Of a stretch of DNA of 64,000 nt, positions 38,130-47,659 are shown piece by piece (the first letter of the stretch is position 1; each line of letters opens with the position of its first letter). Source of the DNA: Spirochaetales bacterium (GTDB lineage: Bacteria; Spirochaetota; Spirochaetia; SZUA-6; JAFGRV01); assembly GCA_016935735.1 (NCBI GenBank), contig JAFGQK010000175.1, forward strand, positions 2,699 through 66,698. The letters are read 5' to 3'. The notes beneath the pieces are model-generated. The model saw nothing but the letters and a program-made list of their open reading frames with translations, searched no databases and was not told where the DNA came from. The position numbers were made by a program, and so were the translations under genes.

Positions 38130-38430
38130 TCGAGTCTCCTTCTGCAGTTCTAAATATCTGTATATTGTATATACTATTTTTTGTACCAGATTGTCAAGAA
38201 GATACCAGGAATTTTCAAGGAATTTCTATTTCTCTGTACAATTAGCATTGAGTATACAAAAATTGGAGAATTTCTGCTTTTTATTTCTCTTATTTCATAA
38301 ATCTATTTGAAAAAAAATCCTTTACCATAGGAGGTTCCTGCAAAAATATTATATTTACTACAAGAACCAACCTGTACAAAAGTGGAATATTCTTAATTCC
38401 TTTTAACATAATAAAATAAAAATACTCCAG

Positions 38431-38479
38431 AGCCAATTACAAAAAATCTATAACTATTATTGGATTTTTGCAATTGGCT
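38431..38479. promoter_or_regulatory. 15-bp inverted repeat (AGCCAATTACAAAAA-N19-TTTTTGCAATTGGCT), a candidate operator ~80 bp upstream of nikR
   Basis: Read directly from the sequence: the arms match at 14 of 15 positions. It sits in the 430-bp AT-rich intergenic region upstream of nikR. Confidence 0.35.
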
Positions 38480-38559
38480 AATAGAATATATCGAATTTCC
38501 ATTTTAAAAAAGAATCCTGGAATGAGAGGTACTTTCCGAATATAAAAACAGGAGATGGT

Positions 38560-38970
38560 ATGTTAAGACGGTTCGGTATTTCACTGGAAGATGATTTATT
38601 ATCACAATTCGATTCATTATGCAGGAAACAGGGATACACAAATCGGTCGGAAGCTATCCGTGATCTTATCCGTAAAGCACTTATCAAAAAAGAATGGCTG
38701 GAAGGGAAGACAGAGACGACTGGTGTTGTCATGATTGTGTACGATCATCATCAATACCAGATGGCCCAGAAAATGACAGATAAACAACATGAACATTATA
38801 CATCGATAATTGCCTCTCTTCATTCACACCTGGATCATCATAATTGTGTGGAAATAATTCTACTCCGGGGAAAAGCAAAAGAAATCCAGCATATTTCAGA
38901 TGAAATTATCAGCACAAAAGGGGTAAAATACGGGCAGTTTATTCCTGCCACTACCGGGAAAACGATCTAA
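38560..38970 (+). CDS. nikR: Nickel-responsive regulator NikR (ribbon-helix-helix plus metal-binding ACT-like domain)
   Basis: The N-terminal RHH is 'RFGISLEDDLLSQFDSL...RSEAIRDLIR'. The C-terminal His/Cys cluster is 'HHQ...HEH...HSHLDHHNC'. Confidence 0.75.
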   Translation: MLRRFGISLEDDLLSQFDSLCRKQGYTNRSEAIRDLIRKALIKKEWLEGKTETTGVVMIVYDHHQYQMAQKMTDKQHEHYTSIIASLHSHLDHHNCVEIILLRGKAKEIQHISDEIISTKGVKYGQFIPATTGKTI

Positions 38971-39028
38971 TATGCGTTACTTATTTTTGTTTATGTAACA
39001 ATTCTGAATTCCTGCCGATACACTATAT

Positions 39029-39862
39029 ATGGAACCAGAATTAACAGATGAAAACCTTAAAAATCTTCTTTTAAAATTAACTGATTCATATAAGAATGCA
39101 ACAAAACATTTTATTCAATTTCTTACCGTTAATAACATACCTATCTCATACAAAGGGATTAAAGCATATATCCAGTACCTGAAAAATCCTAAAAGTAATT
39201 ATACGCCAAATACCTATAATCTGTATCTCGCAACAGTAAAAAACCGGGTGAATTTTCTGTTAAAATTTACCCCATCCTATTTTAGCGGATCTGAACTGGC
39301 CGGAATACAACAACTATTATCAGAATTGAAATATGAAAAAATTAAAACTGTTAAAAAAACCGGGACTTTATCGATCCCTGAAATTAAAAAACTAATTGCA
39401 GCAGCAGATCCCTGTCCCGGATTGATGATCCGGTTTCTCCTTTTGACCGGTATGCTTGTCAGTGAAATGGTAAAAATCCGGTATATTGATATAAAACAGG
39501 ATAAGACATACTCATATATCACGATACCAGGCCGGAAAAAACGTGAAATACAGATTGAAACACCATTCATGTATACAATTGCAAAGCATTTTAATGGGAA
39601 TACATTTCTTTTTGAAGACAAAAACGGAAAAGCTTTCCGCAGGGAAATGATAAGTATGAGTATAAAACGAATTGCAAGACGGGTGCTTTTAAAAGAAATT
39701 TCTGCCAATACCCTGCGAAAAACATTTGCAGCATTGATAATCCGTAAAACAGGAAAAATTAAAGCAGTGAGTGAATACCTTGGTCATAAATCGATAAATT
39801 CCGTAATTGATATGTTTACCCAGGAAAAATTAAATTCCACAGATCTGGATTTAAAGGTGTGA
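39029..39862 (+). CDS. Tyrosine-recombinase (phage-integrase family) homolog with apparently degenerate catalytic residues
   Basis: It has an N-terminal SAM-like core-binding domain and a C-terminal catalytic-domain fold. The Arg-I motif 'TGMLVSE' has Leu in place of Arg. The box II motif 'NTLRKTF' has Asn and Lys in place of His. In the final 'LGHKSINSVIDMFTQ', Phe occupies the position of the nucleophilic Tyr. Confidence 0.6.
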   Translation: MEPELTDENLKNLLLKLTDSYKNATKHFIQFLTVNNIPISYKGIKAYIQYLKNPKSNYTPNTYNLYLATVKNRVNFLLKFTPSYFSGSELAGIQQLLSELKYEKIKTVKKTGTLSIPEIKKLIAAADPCPGLMIRFLLLTGMLVSEMVKIRYIDIKQDKTYSYITIPGRKKREIQIETPFMYTIAKHFNGNTFLFEDKNGKAFRREMISMSIKRIARRVLLKEISANTLRKTFAALIIRKTGKIKAVSEYLGHKSINSVIDMFTQEKLNSTDLDLKV

Positions 39863-39897
39863 CTTGAATATTCTGCCATAACTTTGTATAGTAGGCT

Positions 39898-40557
39898 ATG
39901 GAAAACATGAATTATCCGATTATTGCCCCATCACTCCTTTCTGCTGATTTCAGTGATATGGAACAGGCCCTTGCTTTAATTGAAAAATCAGGGGGTGATT
40001 GGGTGCATTTTGATGTGATGGATGGATCATTTGTTCCGGATATCACATTTGGCCATAAAATGGTCAATGACATGCGAAAACGTTCAGACCTGCCATTTGA
40101 TGTCCATCTTATGGTATATCACCCGGAAACCCAGGTGGAGAAATTCGCCCATGCCGGTGCTGATTATATTACCATCCAGGTTGAGGCAACAATTCACCTC
40201 CACAGTGTCATCATGCAGATAAAAGAACTCGGAAAAAAAGCAGGGATTTCTATTGTCCCTTCAACGCAACCTGGCCGGATTAAAGAGCTTCTTTGTTTTG
40301 TCGATCTCGTACTTATTATGACGGTGAACCCGGGATATGGGGGGCAAAAACTTATCCACGAGACCCTGGAAAAAGTTGTGGAATTAAAGGAACTTAAGAA
40401 AAATAAGAACTATAATTTTATTATAGAGATCGATGGGGGAGTGAACAGGGAAACCTGTGGAACGGTTCTTAAAGCAGGGCCGGAAGCGATTGTTACAGGT
40501 TCTGCTTTTTTTGATGATAAAGATCCGGCAGCTTATATCCGGCTTTTTAAAAAGTAG
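39898..40557 (+). CDS. rpe: Ribulose-phosphate 3-epimerase
   Basis: 'IIAPSLLSADFSDM...HFDVMDGSFVPDITFG...DVHLMV...IMTVNPGYGGQ...IEIDGG' are classic Rpe motifs. Confidence 0.85.
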   Translation: MENMNYPIIAPSLLSADFSDMEQALALIEKSGGDWVHFDVMDGSFVPDITFGHKMVNDMRKRSDLPFDVHLMVYHPETQVEKFAHAGADYITIQVEATIHLHSVIMQIKELGKKAGISIVPSTQPGRIKELLCFVDLVLIMTVNPGYGGQKLIHETLEKVVELKELKKNKNYNFIIEIDGGVNRETCGTVLKAGPEAIVTGSAFFDDKDPAAYIRLFKK

Positions 40558-40620
40558 ATTGGTTATTTGGTCTTATTTTTTTTGTTTAAAGGTCGAAAAA
40601 TACAATAGGAGAAGAATGCA

Positions 40621-41679
40621 TTGAAACAGAGTGTGATATCTTCAACATGGTTGAACCCCAATTGTAGTTTCATAAAGTGGTCTTCACTATTAGTGATTTT
40701 TATTTTTATTCCATGTCTTTTTATTCATGCAGCCTCATATGAAGAATCACAGGAACGTATTGCCCAGGGTATAGAGTTATTTTCCAGGGGTTTATACGAA
40801 GAAGCCCTGGTCCTTTTCAGGGGAATGGTGGTAGATCCGGAATTTCGTTCTCATCATGGAGATGCATACTTCTGGATTGCGAAATGCCAGATGGTTCTTG
40901 GACAATTGGATAATGCAGAAAAAAATCTGGAATACTTTTTAATACATTTTGATAATCACCTTTATTATTCCGAAGGTGTTTATCAAAAGGGCAGGCTTCT
41001 TTTTATGCAGAACGAGTTTGAAAAATCAATCGAAATACTTGAACAGTTTATAAATCATTATCCGACGTCTGTTTTTATCTCCAATGCTTATTTCTGGGTT
41101 GCAGAGTCTGTATTTTTCCTGGGATACCTGGAAAAAGCTCTCCAGATTTATAAATATATTGTAATAAAATTCCCCAATAGTTATAAATTTGAAACAGCTA
41201 AATACCGTATCTCTATTATTGAGTTTAAAAAACGTGAAAATGAACTCTTAAAACTTCTGAAATGGAGTCACCTGGAAGCTCTTAAGACAATGGAAGAATA
41301 CCAGCAGCGTGAAAAGACATATGAACAGGCGATTGTTTTATATCAGAAAAAGCTTTCAGATGCAGGGATCAATATTTCTGAGTATGATACTGAAAATGCA
41401 GAAGTACAAAAACTTGCAGCAGAACTTGAAAAAAAGAATAAAGAGATCGAAGACCTGAACAGGACGATAGAAGTACTGAAGCAGCAAATTAAATACCTGG
41501 AGATTGTAACAGGAACACCTGTCCCGGATGAAGATATTGTTACGACAATTGACCTGGATAAAGAAAAAAAGAAAACTGAATTGTCAAATGATGAGCGGTT
41601 GCTTGAATTGCAAAAAGAAGCAGAGCAATTAAAAACCCTGCTTGAAAAACTCCTCCGGAGTGCGGGAGGGGGAAAGTAA
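40621..41679 (+). CDS. Secreted TPR-repeat protein with a C-terminal coiled coil (TTG start)
   Basis: An AGGAGA RBS sits 9 nt upstream of the TTG. It has a signal or TM segment and TPR-like repeats (YFWIAKCQ, YFWVAESV). The C-terminus is rich in heptad repeats. Confidence 0.5.
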   Translation: MKQSVISSTWLNPNCSFIKWSSLLVIFIFIPCLFIHAASYEESQERIAQGIELFSRGLYEEALVLFRGMVVDPEFRSHHGDAYFWIAKCQMVLGQLDNAEKNLEYFLIHFDNHLYYSEGVYQKGRLLFMQNEFEKSIEILEQFINHYPTSVFISNAYFWVAESVFFLGYLEKALQIYKYIVIKFPNSYKFETAKYRISIIEFKKRENELLKLLKWSHLEALKTMEEYQQREKTYEQAIVLYQKKLSDAGINISEYDTENAEVQKLAAELEKKNKEIEDLNRTIEVLKQQIKYLEIVTGTPVPDEDIVTTIDLDKEKKKTELSNDERLLELQKEAEQLKTLLEKLLRSAGGGK

Positions 41680-42725
41680 TGATAAAGAAAAGGCCGGCTC
41701 TTTGTGTCATTTTATTATTCCTTTCCGCATTCTTTTCCTATAGCCTGGAAGTGATTAATGGGAACATCAGACTGGTTCTTCATGAAAATCTGGGGAGATT
41801 CTCCGTTTATTATCTTGAAGATCCTGTAAATAGAAAATACACCTCTTACTTTCTTGATCAGGATGTACGGACATCGGTTACCAGCATTGTTGTGGATAAT
41901 AAAATTTTCCGGCTGGGTGAATCAGGATCATTCAAGGAAACAGCAGAAGAAACCTCAAATGGTGCCCGTTTTCTATGGGAGTCCAGACAGCTTGAAATTA
42001 CCGAGGAATTTACCTTTGCTTCTTCTTCCGGTTCAGGAAAATCAGATTGTATTGTGATTACTCTAACGTTAAAAAATGTATCCAGCAACCCGGTTAAATC
42101 AGGAGTCCGTTATCTTTTTGATACATACCTTGGTGAATCACATAACCATCACTTTAAAACGAATCTTACAGAGAATATGATACATGAAATAGTAATAGAA
42201 AAAAAGAATATGGTTGCATACTGGATATCACAGGATATCAAGAAAGAAAATACCGGACTCCAGGTAATTACCGGAATTAGCGGGGTGACAGCACCGGATA
42301 GAATAGTATTTGCAAACTGGAAGCGGCTTAATGATACCCCATGGACATACTTCTCATCAGACACAAGGGATTTCAGTTCAAGACCATATTCGATTAATGA
42401 TTCTGCTGTATGCCACTATTATGATCCGGTGATTGTGGAAAGCGGTAAATCAAGAAAAATTATTCTTATGATGGGAAAGATGAATGAACAGGGCTATAAA
42501 GACACAGATTCTGTTCTTGAAGATACGTACAGTACATTACTCACCAGTGCAGATGGTGATTTACCGGACAAATTAAAATCAGATATAATGGTTTTGAATA
42601 ACCTCCTGGAGTTGATAAAGAAAAAAATAGCTTCCGGTGAATTGATTACTGATAAAGATATCAGTATAATGGAGCAGATTATCGAAGAGATAAAAATCCA
42701 TGCGGAAAATTATCAAAATGAATAG
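41679..42725 (+). CDS. Secreted hypothetical protein (348 aa)
   Basis: It has a signal peptide. It is translationally coupled to the upstream gene (stop and start overlap). I recognise no motifs. Confidence 0.5.
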   Translation: MIKKRPALCVILLFLSAFFSYSLEVINGNIRLVLHENLGRFSVYYLEDPVNRKYTSYFLDQDVRTSVTSIVVDNKIFRLGESGSFKETAEETSNGARFLWESRQLEITEEFTFASSSGSGKSDCIVITLTLKNVSSNPVKSGVRYLFDTYLGESHNHHFKTNLTENMIHEIVIEKKNMVAYWISQDIKKENTGLQVITGISGVTAPDRIVFANWKRLNDTPWTYFSSDTRDFSSRPYSINDSAVCHYYDPVIVESGKSRKIILMMGKMNEQGYKDTDSVLEDTYSTLLTSADGDLPDKLKSDIMVLNNLLELIKKKIASGELITDKDISIMEQIIEEIKIHAENYQNE

Positions 42726-42763
42726 GGAAGTGGATACCCGGCTGCTTCTGAAGGAGGTTCCCT

Positions 42764-43840
42764 TTGGCACTGAAGGGTCTAAAAAAAGCGCGAAGGCTCT
42801 TCAATTCCGGAAAGTATATAGAGGTTGTCAGACTACTCGAACCTTCAATTTTCCAATACAGGGAAAGTTTTTCTTTCTTTTATTTACTCGGTGTTTCCTG
42901 TTTTTATTCCGGTGATCTTGGCGGTGCACTTTCCTATTTAAAAAGGGCAGAGCAATTACGTGAAAACGATGTGAATACCCAGCTTGCCCTGGCCGTGATT
43001 TTCTTAAAAAAAGCAGAAAAAGAAAATTCACTCCGGATATGGCTTAAGATTCTGGAAATCGATCCGAAAAATAAAAAGGCCAGGAGGGGTCTTAACCTTA
43101 TCCGAAAAACACCTGAACCTGAAGATATTATTGCTTTTTGTAATTCAAACCGGATCAACTCCTTACTTCCAAAACAAAATAAGAAAATACTTTCAAAGGT
43201 ATTATTTTTTATAACAACTTTCATACTTGCATCCGGGATTTCCGGTTTTATCATTTATTTTTCCCCAAACCTGATGAATAAAAATACCAGGCCCGGTATG
43301 GAACGATATATTCTCCCGGAAAAGCAGGGGTTATTGGATTATTCCCGTACATACCGGTACATGTATTCTGAAAAAGAAATACGCGCCATTTTTGAAAAGG
43401 CAAAATCCCTGTTCAGCAAATACAAAGATAATCTTGCAATTGTAGAAATTAACAGGCTTCTTCATTCAAATGCTTCCATGGATGTAAAAATGATTGTACA
43501 CACCCTGCGGGATCATATGTATACACCAGACTTCAGCACCTTTACAAAAAAGGATTCCTTTTCCTATACAGATGTTTTTGCAGAACCGTATTTGTATGAA
43601 AATTGCTTTATCCTCTGGGAGGGCAGGGCAGGAGGGCTTCAGATTTCAGAAACAGCAATCACTTTTGATTTCTGGGTGGGTAATACAAATGAATTTTTCG
43701 GTGTTGTCCCGGTGGTCCTGTACTCTGGAGAAAATATAACCAATGGTCAGACACTGGAAATCCTGGGCAAGGTAAAGCTTGACCAGGATGGGAATGTAAT
43801 GATTGAAGGAATAGCAATACGAAGAATTGTACAGGGATAA
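42764..43840 (+). CDS. TPR-repeat membrane protein
   Basis: N-terminal TPRs are followed by one TM helix, 'VLFFITTFILASGISGFIIYF', and a C-terminal domain. Confidence 0.5.
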   Translation: MALKGLKKARRLFNSGKYIEVVRLLEPSIFQYRESFSFFYLLGVSCFYSGDLGGALSYLKRAEQLRENDVNTQLALAVIFLKKAEKENSLRIWLKILEIDPKNKKARRGLNLIRKTPEPEDIIAFCNSNRINSLLPKQNKKILSKVLFFITTFILASGISGFIIYFSPNLMNKNTRPGMERYILPEKQGLLDYSRTYRYMYSEKEIRAIFEKAKSLFSKYKDNLAIVEINRLLHSNASMDVKMIVHTLRDHMYTPDFSTFTKKDSFSYTDVFAEPYLYENCFILWEGRAGGLQISETAITFDFWVGNTNEFFGVVPVVLYSGENITNGQTLEILGKVKLDQDGNVMIEGIAIRRIVQG

Positions 43841-44929
43841 TTACTTTAAATACTCATATGCATTGAACGGTTCAAAAAACCCGGACAGTGATAACTTTAG
43901 ATGCAATCTGTATATAATATCTGCTGCAATTTCATGACTTGACACAATAGTTGCAGCAGGGAGAATCGGTTTAAGTAAATCATCACAGCAGTAAATCGTG
44001 TCGGCAAATAGTATATTTTTCAGCAATCCTTTTTCTATAAGTTCCTTCATTCTTTCAATAGAAGGGGGAGACAATACGGCATGAACTACTGCTACATTCA
44101 CTTCACGAATTCCTCTTTTATTCAATTCCAGAACAAGCTTATAAATAGACCCGCCGGTATCAATCATGTCATCAATAATCCATACAACTTTATCTTTCAT
44201 CGGAGTGCTTGAAAGAATATGTACGGAAATAATTTTATTCACGGTGGAATAATCCCGCTGTTTGTGTGCGATTACCAGGGGGGTGTTAAAGGAATTTGCA
44301 AATTTTTTGGCAAGTATCTCACCCCCTGCATCCACTGAACAGAACACCCATTCTTTTCGTATTCTATTTTCCAGGTTTTCGCAGTTTTTAATATAGGTAT
44401 CTGCTAAATGCTTTTTAAGTAATACAAGGATTGGAATATCATCCATGGCACAGCACTTTGGATCAATCATGGAACGGGATTTATCCGAGTGAAGGTTAAA
44501 AGTAAGAATATGATCCACACCTAAGCTTATCAGGGTTTTGAGATGAACCCACAACCCGACCGAGTTCCTTCTCGTAGTCCTGTCTGACCGGCCGGGGCTG
44601 CAATACGGCTCAAAAAGGGTAATTCTTCCTGCCGATGCTCTCCGGAGGGCATCGATTGCATGATACAATTCTATTTTATTTTCCTCCACAGTAAGTCCCA
44701 GGGCATTCCGGGCAGAATTCGCAAAAAGAAACACATCCTTTCCCCGAACGGAATCGATGGTTTCTACTTCCATTTCACCATCTGCAAATCTTGATACAGA
44801 CAATTCACCCTGGATATTCTGCATACCCATAAGGCTGCTGTATTCCTTTTTTGTTTTTAATAGATGGATTACCTTTTCTGCATATTCCTTCATGGAACGC
44901 ATAAAAAAAATTCGTAAATCGTTACGCAT
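43841..44929 (-). CDS. prs: Ribose-phosphate pyrophosphokinase (PRPP synthetase)
   Basis: 'RFADGEMEV' is the N-terminal motif. The PRPP-binding loop is 'VVWIIDDMIDTGGSI'. An ~20-aa insert is present relative to canonical Prs. Confidence 0.8.
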   Translation of the reverse strand: MRNDLRIFFMRSMKEYAEKVIHLLKTKKEYSSLMGMQNIQGELSVSRFADGEMEVETIDSVRGKDVFLFANSARNALGLTVEENKIELYHAIDALRRASAGRITLFEPYCSPGRSDRTTRRNSVGLWVHLKTLISLGVDHILTFNLHSDKSRSMIDPKCCAMDDIPILVLLKKHLADTYIKNCENLENRIRKEWVFCSVDAGGEILAKKFANSFNTPLVIAHKQRDYSTVNKIISVHILSSTPMKDKVVWIIDDMIDTGGSIYKLVLELNKRGIREVNVAVVHAVLSPPSIERMKELIEKGLLKNILFADTIYCCDDLLKPILPAATIVSSHEIAADIIYRLHLKLSLSGFFEPFNAYEYLK

Positions 44930-45435
44930 ACTGTATTATACGGTGTATAAAGTAGTAAGTCAAATAAGAAAAATTCTTAAGTATACTCAAACTCGCTTTG
45001 AAAAAAAATCATTTCCCTCTATACGTATGGTAAATAGTATGAAAAAACAACCATTATTACTTCGGGTATTACAATTCTCACCCCGGGAAATGGAAGCCCT
45101 TGTCCGTTGTGCAGTGCTCAATAAAGTTGAGTTGATTGATTGATTAGGGGAAAAATCGAAAAAATTATTTATTCCTGAAACAATAATATCATGTCTTCAG
45201 AATTTAGCAAAAGAATGAAAAAAATTATAATTAATTATACATGTGCAGGTAAATTATTACATATGGTAAGATTATTATAGAAAAATCTGCGAAATTAGTT
45301 AAATTTATTCTCAATCCGGGAAATCGGCGAAATCTGTGGTTTAGAATTTCTGTCAAAGAGTAATTTTCTTGACAATGGGACTTATGTGTCGTATGATAAA
45401 AAAGCAAAATTAATTAATATTATGGAGAAAAAGTT

Positions 45436-47634
45436 ATGAAAACAAAAGAAAAAAAACCAATGTATCGATTCTTTATTATAATGGTTTTTCTTGGATTATC
45501 CGGTACCATACTCTTTGCCGAACCCCGTTCCGGAGGTTCGTATTATAATTACGGGGAAGCATTGCAGAAGGCGATTCTTTTCTATAAAGCCCAGCGTTCG
45601 GGCGATCTTCCTGATGATTATATCCTTCCATACAGGGCTGATACCTGTATGGATGATGGGGCAGATGTCGGATTGGATCTCACTGGGGGATGGTTTGATG
45701 CCGGGGATCATGTAAAATTTGGGATGCCCATGGCTTATACAGCGGGGCAGCTCGGATGGGGTGTTTACGAATACCGGGAAGGATTCGAACAGGCAGGCCT
45801 TCTTGATGATGTTCTCGATGAGATAAAATGGGCTTTAGATTATTTTATCAAATGCCATCCAAATCCCAATGTTTACTATTACGATTGCGGAGATGGTGAA
45901 TCTGATCACAGCTGCTGGGTTCCGCCGGAGGTAGTGCATCTTTTTACCGAGCGAAATTCCTTTAAAGTTGATACGGCAACACCCGGCTCGGATGTTGCCG
46001 GACAGGCTTCTGCGGCAATGACCATTGGTTCCCTTATCTTTGAACCGACAAATCCTTCTTATGCAGCAACACTTTTAACTCATGCCAAAGAATTATTTAC
46101 CTTTGCAGATACCCACCGGGGAAAATACCCACTCCCGGCATTTTATATGTCCGGCGGTTATCTTGATGATTTAATGTGGGCTGCTATCTGGTTATATATC
46201 AAAACAAATGATCAAACGTACCTCGACAAGGCCCGTTCATATATACCTATCGGTTCCATGGGGGGGCATCATACACACTGCTGGGATGATGTCAGTTATG
46301 GCGCGGCATTAAAAATGACACAAATTACAAAAGATATTGAGTGGGTAGCAGCAGTGGAAGCTAATCTTGACTGGTTTCTTCCTGGTGGAGGTGTGGCATA
46401 TTCTCCCGGGGGGTTGGCCTACCTTTCAAACTGGGGAGCACTCCGTTATGCATCCACCGCTGCTTTCCTGGCTTTTGTCTGGGCAGACGATGATTCAGTA
46501 GGAACCGCATCCAAAAAAGAGGCATACCGTACATTTGCCGAAAAACAGTTGAACTATATCCTTGGTGATAATCCCAAAGGGGGAAGTTATGAAGTCGGGT
46601 TCGGGGAAAATCCCCCGGTTCATCCGCACCACAGGACAGCACACTGTTCATGGTTAAGTATGCTCGATGTTCCCACCTTTCACCGGCATATCCTTTATGG
46701 GGCCCTTGTCGGGGGGCCGGATTCCAACGATATCCCAAACGATGATATAAGAGATTATACATTAAACGAAGTAGCAGACGATTATAATGCAGGGTTTGTC
46801 GGGGCCCTCGCAAAGATGTACTCCATGTACGGTGGGGAACCCCTTTCCAACTGGCCCCAACCGGAAGACTTCCGGCCACCGGAGGAAACCCTTACCGAAT
46901 ATTTTGTCCGGGGATGGATACAATGGGAAGGGCCCAATGAACTTCATGTTCTTTTTCAGGTAAATAACCGTTCTGCCTGGCCCCCGACAGTCCGGTCGGG
47001 TATGTCTGCCCGGTACTTTATGGATTTATCAGAGATATTTGACGCCGGGTATCCGGTAAGTGATATTAAACTGGCATTAAAGGAAAGTGATGAAGGTGGA
47101 TCGGTTTCCGGATTAACGCAATGGTCCGGTGATGTTTACTATTTTACCCTCGATTTTACCGGTACATTGATTCACCCGGGATACTGGGATAAATGTGAAA
47201 AAGAAGCAACAGTAAGTATAAAAAGCCCTGTTACAGGCGGATTTGCAAATGACTGGTCATACCAGGAAATCACAACAAATCCTGATTACGATTGTAAAAC
47301 CTTTAAAGGAAAAACAGAATACATCCCGGTTTACGACAATGGAGTTCTCCTCTGGGGTCATGAACCCCCAGGTGGTCAAACATCCACCCCGACCCCCTCT
47401 CCAACACCCGGAACTCCTACGCCAACCGGGGGAACTGACACCGGGGACGTTAATTCGAGTGGAGCAGTTGATATTGTTGATGCTCTCCTTGTTGCCCAGT
47501 TTTATGTTGGACTTGATCCGGTGAATTTTAACCAGGCAGTGGCAGAGGTAAACTGTTCAGGAAGTATTGATATTATCGATGCCTTGCTGATTGCGCAATA
47601 TTACGTTGGATTGATTTCAGGTTTTGAATGCTAA
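45436..47634 (+). CDS. Glycoside hydrolase family 9 endoglucanase with a Thr/Pro linker and a C-terminal duplicated type-I dockerin
   Basis: It has a signal peptide. The GH9 motifs are 'DLTGGWFDAGDHVKF', 'HHRTAHCSW' and 'NEVADDYNAGFVGAL'. The linker is 'TSTPTPSPTPGTPTPTGG'. The dockerin repeats are 'DVNSSGAVDIVDALLVAQFYVG' and 'VNCSGSIDIIDALLIAQYYVG'. Confidence 0.8.
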   Translation: MKTKEKKPMYRFFIIMVFLGLSGTILFAEPRSGGSYYNYGEALQKAILFYKAQRSGDLPDDYILPYRADTCMDDGADVGLDLTGGWFDAGDHVKFGMPMAYTAGQLGWGVYEYREGFEQAGLLDDVLDEIKWALDYFIKCHPNPNVYYYDCGDGESDHSCWVPPEVVHLFTERNSFKVDTATPGSDVAGQASAAMTIGSLIFEPTNPSYAATLLTHAKELFTFADTHRGKYPLPAFYMSGGYLDDLMWAAIWLYIKTNDQTYLDKARSYIPIGSMGGHHTHCWDDVSYGAALKMTQITKDIEWVAAVEANLDWFLPGGGVAYSPGGLAYLSNWGALRYASTAAFLAFVWADDDSVGTASKKEAYRTFAEKQLNYILGDNPKGGSYEVGFGENPPVHPHHRTAHCSWLSMLDVPTFHRHILYGALVGGPDSNDIPNDDIRDYTLNEVADDYNAGFVGALAKMYSMYGGEPLSNWPQPEDFRPPEETLTEYFVRGWIQWEGPNELHVLFQVNNRSAWPPTVRSGMSARYFMDLSEIFDAGYPVSDIKLALKESDEGGSVSGLTQWSGDVYYFTLDFTGTLIHPGYWDKCEKEATVSIKSPVTGGFANDWSYQEITTNPDYDCKTFKGKTEYIPVYDNGVLLWGHEPPGGQTSTPTPSPTPGTPTPTGGTDTGDVNSSGAVDIVDALLVAQFYVGLDPVNFNQAVAEVNCSGSIDIIDALLIAQYYVGLISGFEC

Positions 47635-47659
47635 AAAGCAAGTTAAATTCAAGTTTCCA

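Noticed and set aside
39029-39862. Integrase homolog as a marker of a prophage or integrative element
   Set aside because: There are no adjacent phage or conjugation genes. The tRNA gene is 28 kb away. No flanking direct repeats are seen. The catalytic residues appear degenerate. It is treated as a domesticated or inactive recombinase instead.
44757-45143. 128-aa + strand ORF overlapping the 5' end of prs and the prs / GH9 intergenic region
   Set aside because: It overlaps a confident minus-strand gene and has no RBS. A 34-codon ORF at ~45038 ('MKKQPLLLRVLQFSPREMEALVRCAVLNKVELID') in the same region is also unsupported.
46361-46879. 172-aa minus-strand ORF (and 46762-46947) inside the GH9 gene
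   Set aside because: It is antisense to a well-supported GH9 coding region. Long antisense ORFs are expected where GC is locally elevated. The Arg/Pro/Gly-rich composition is typical of out-of-frame reading.
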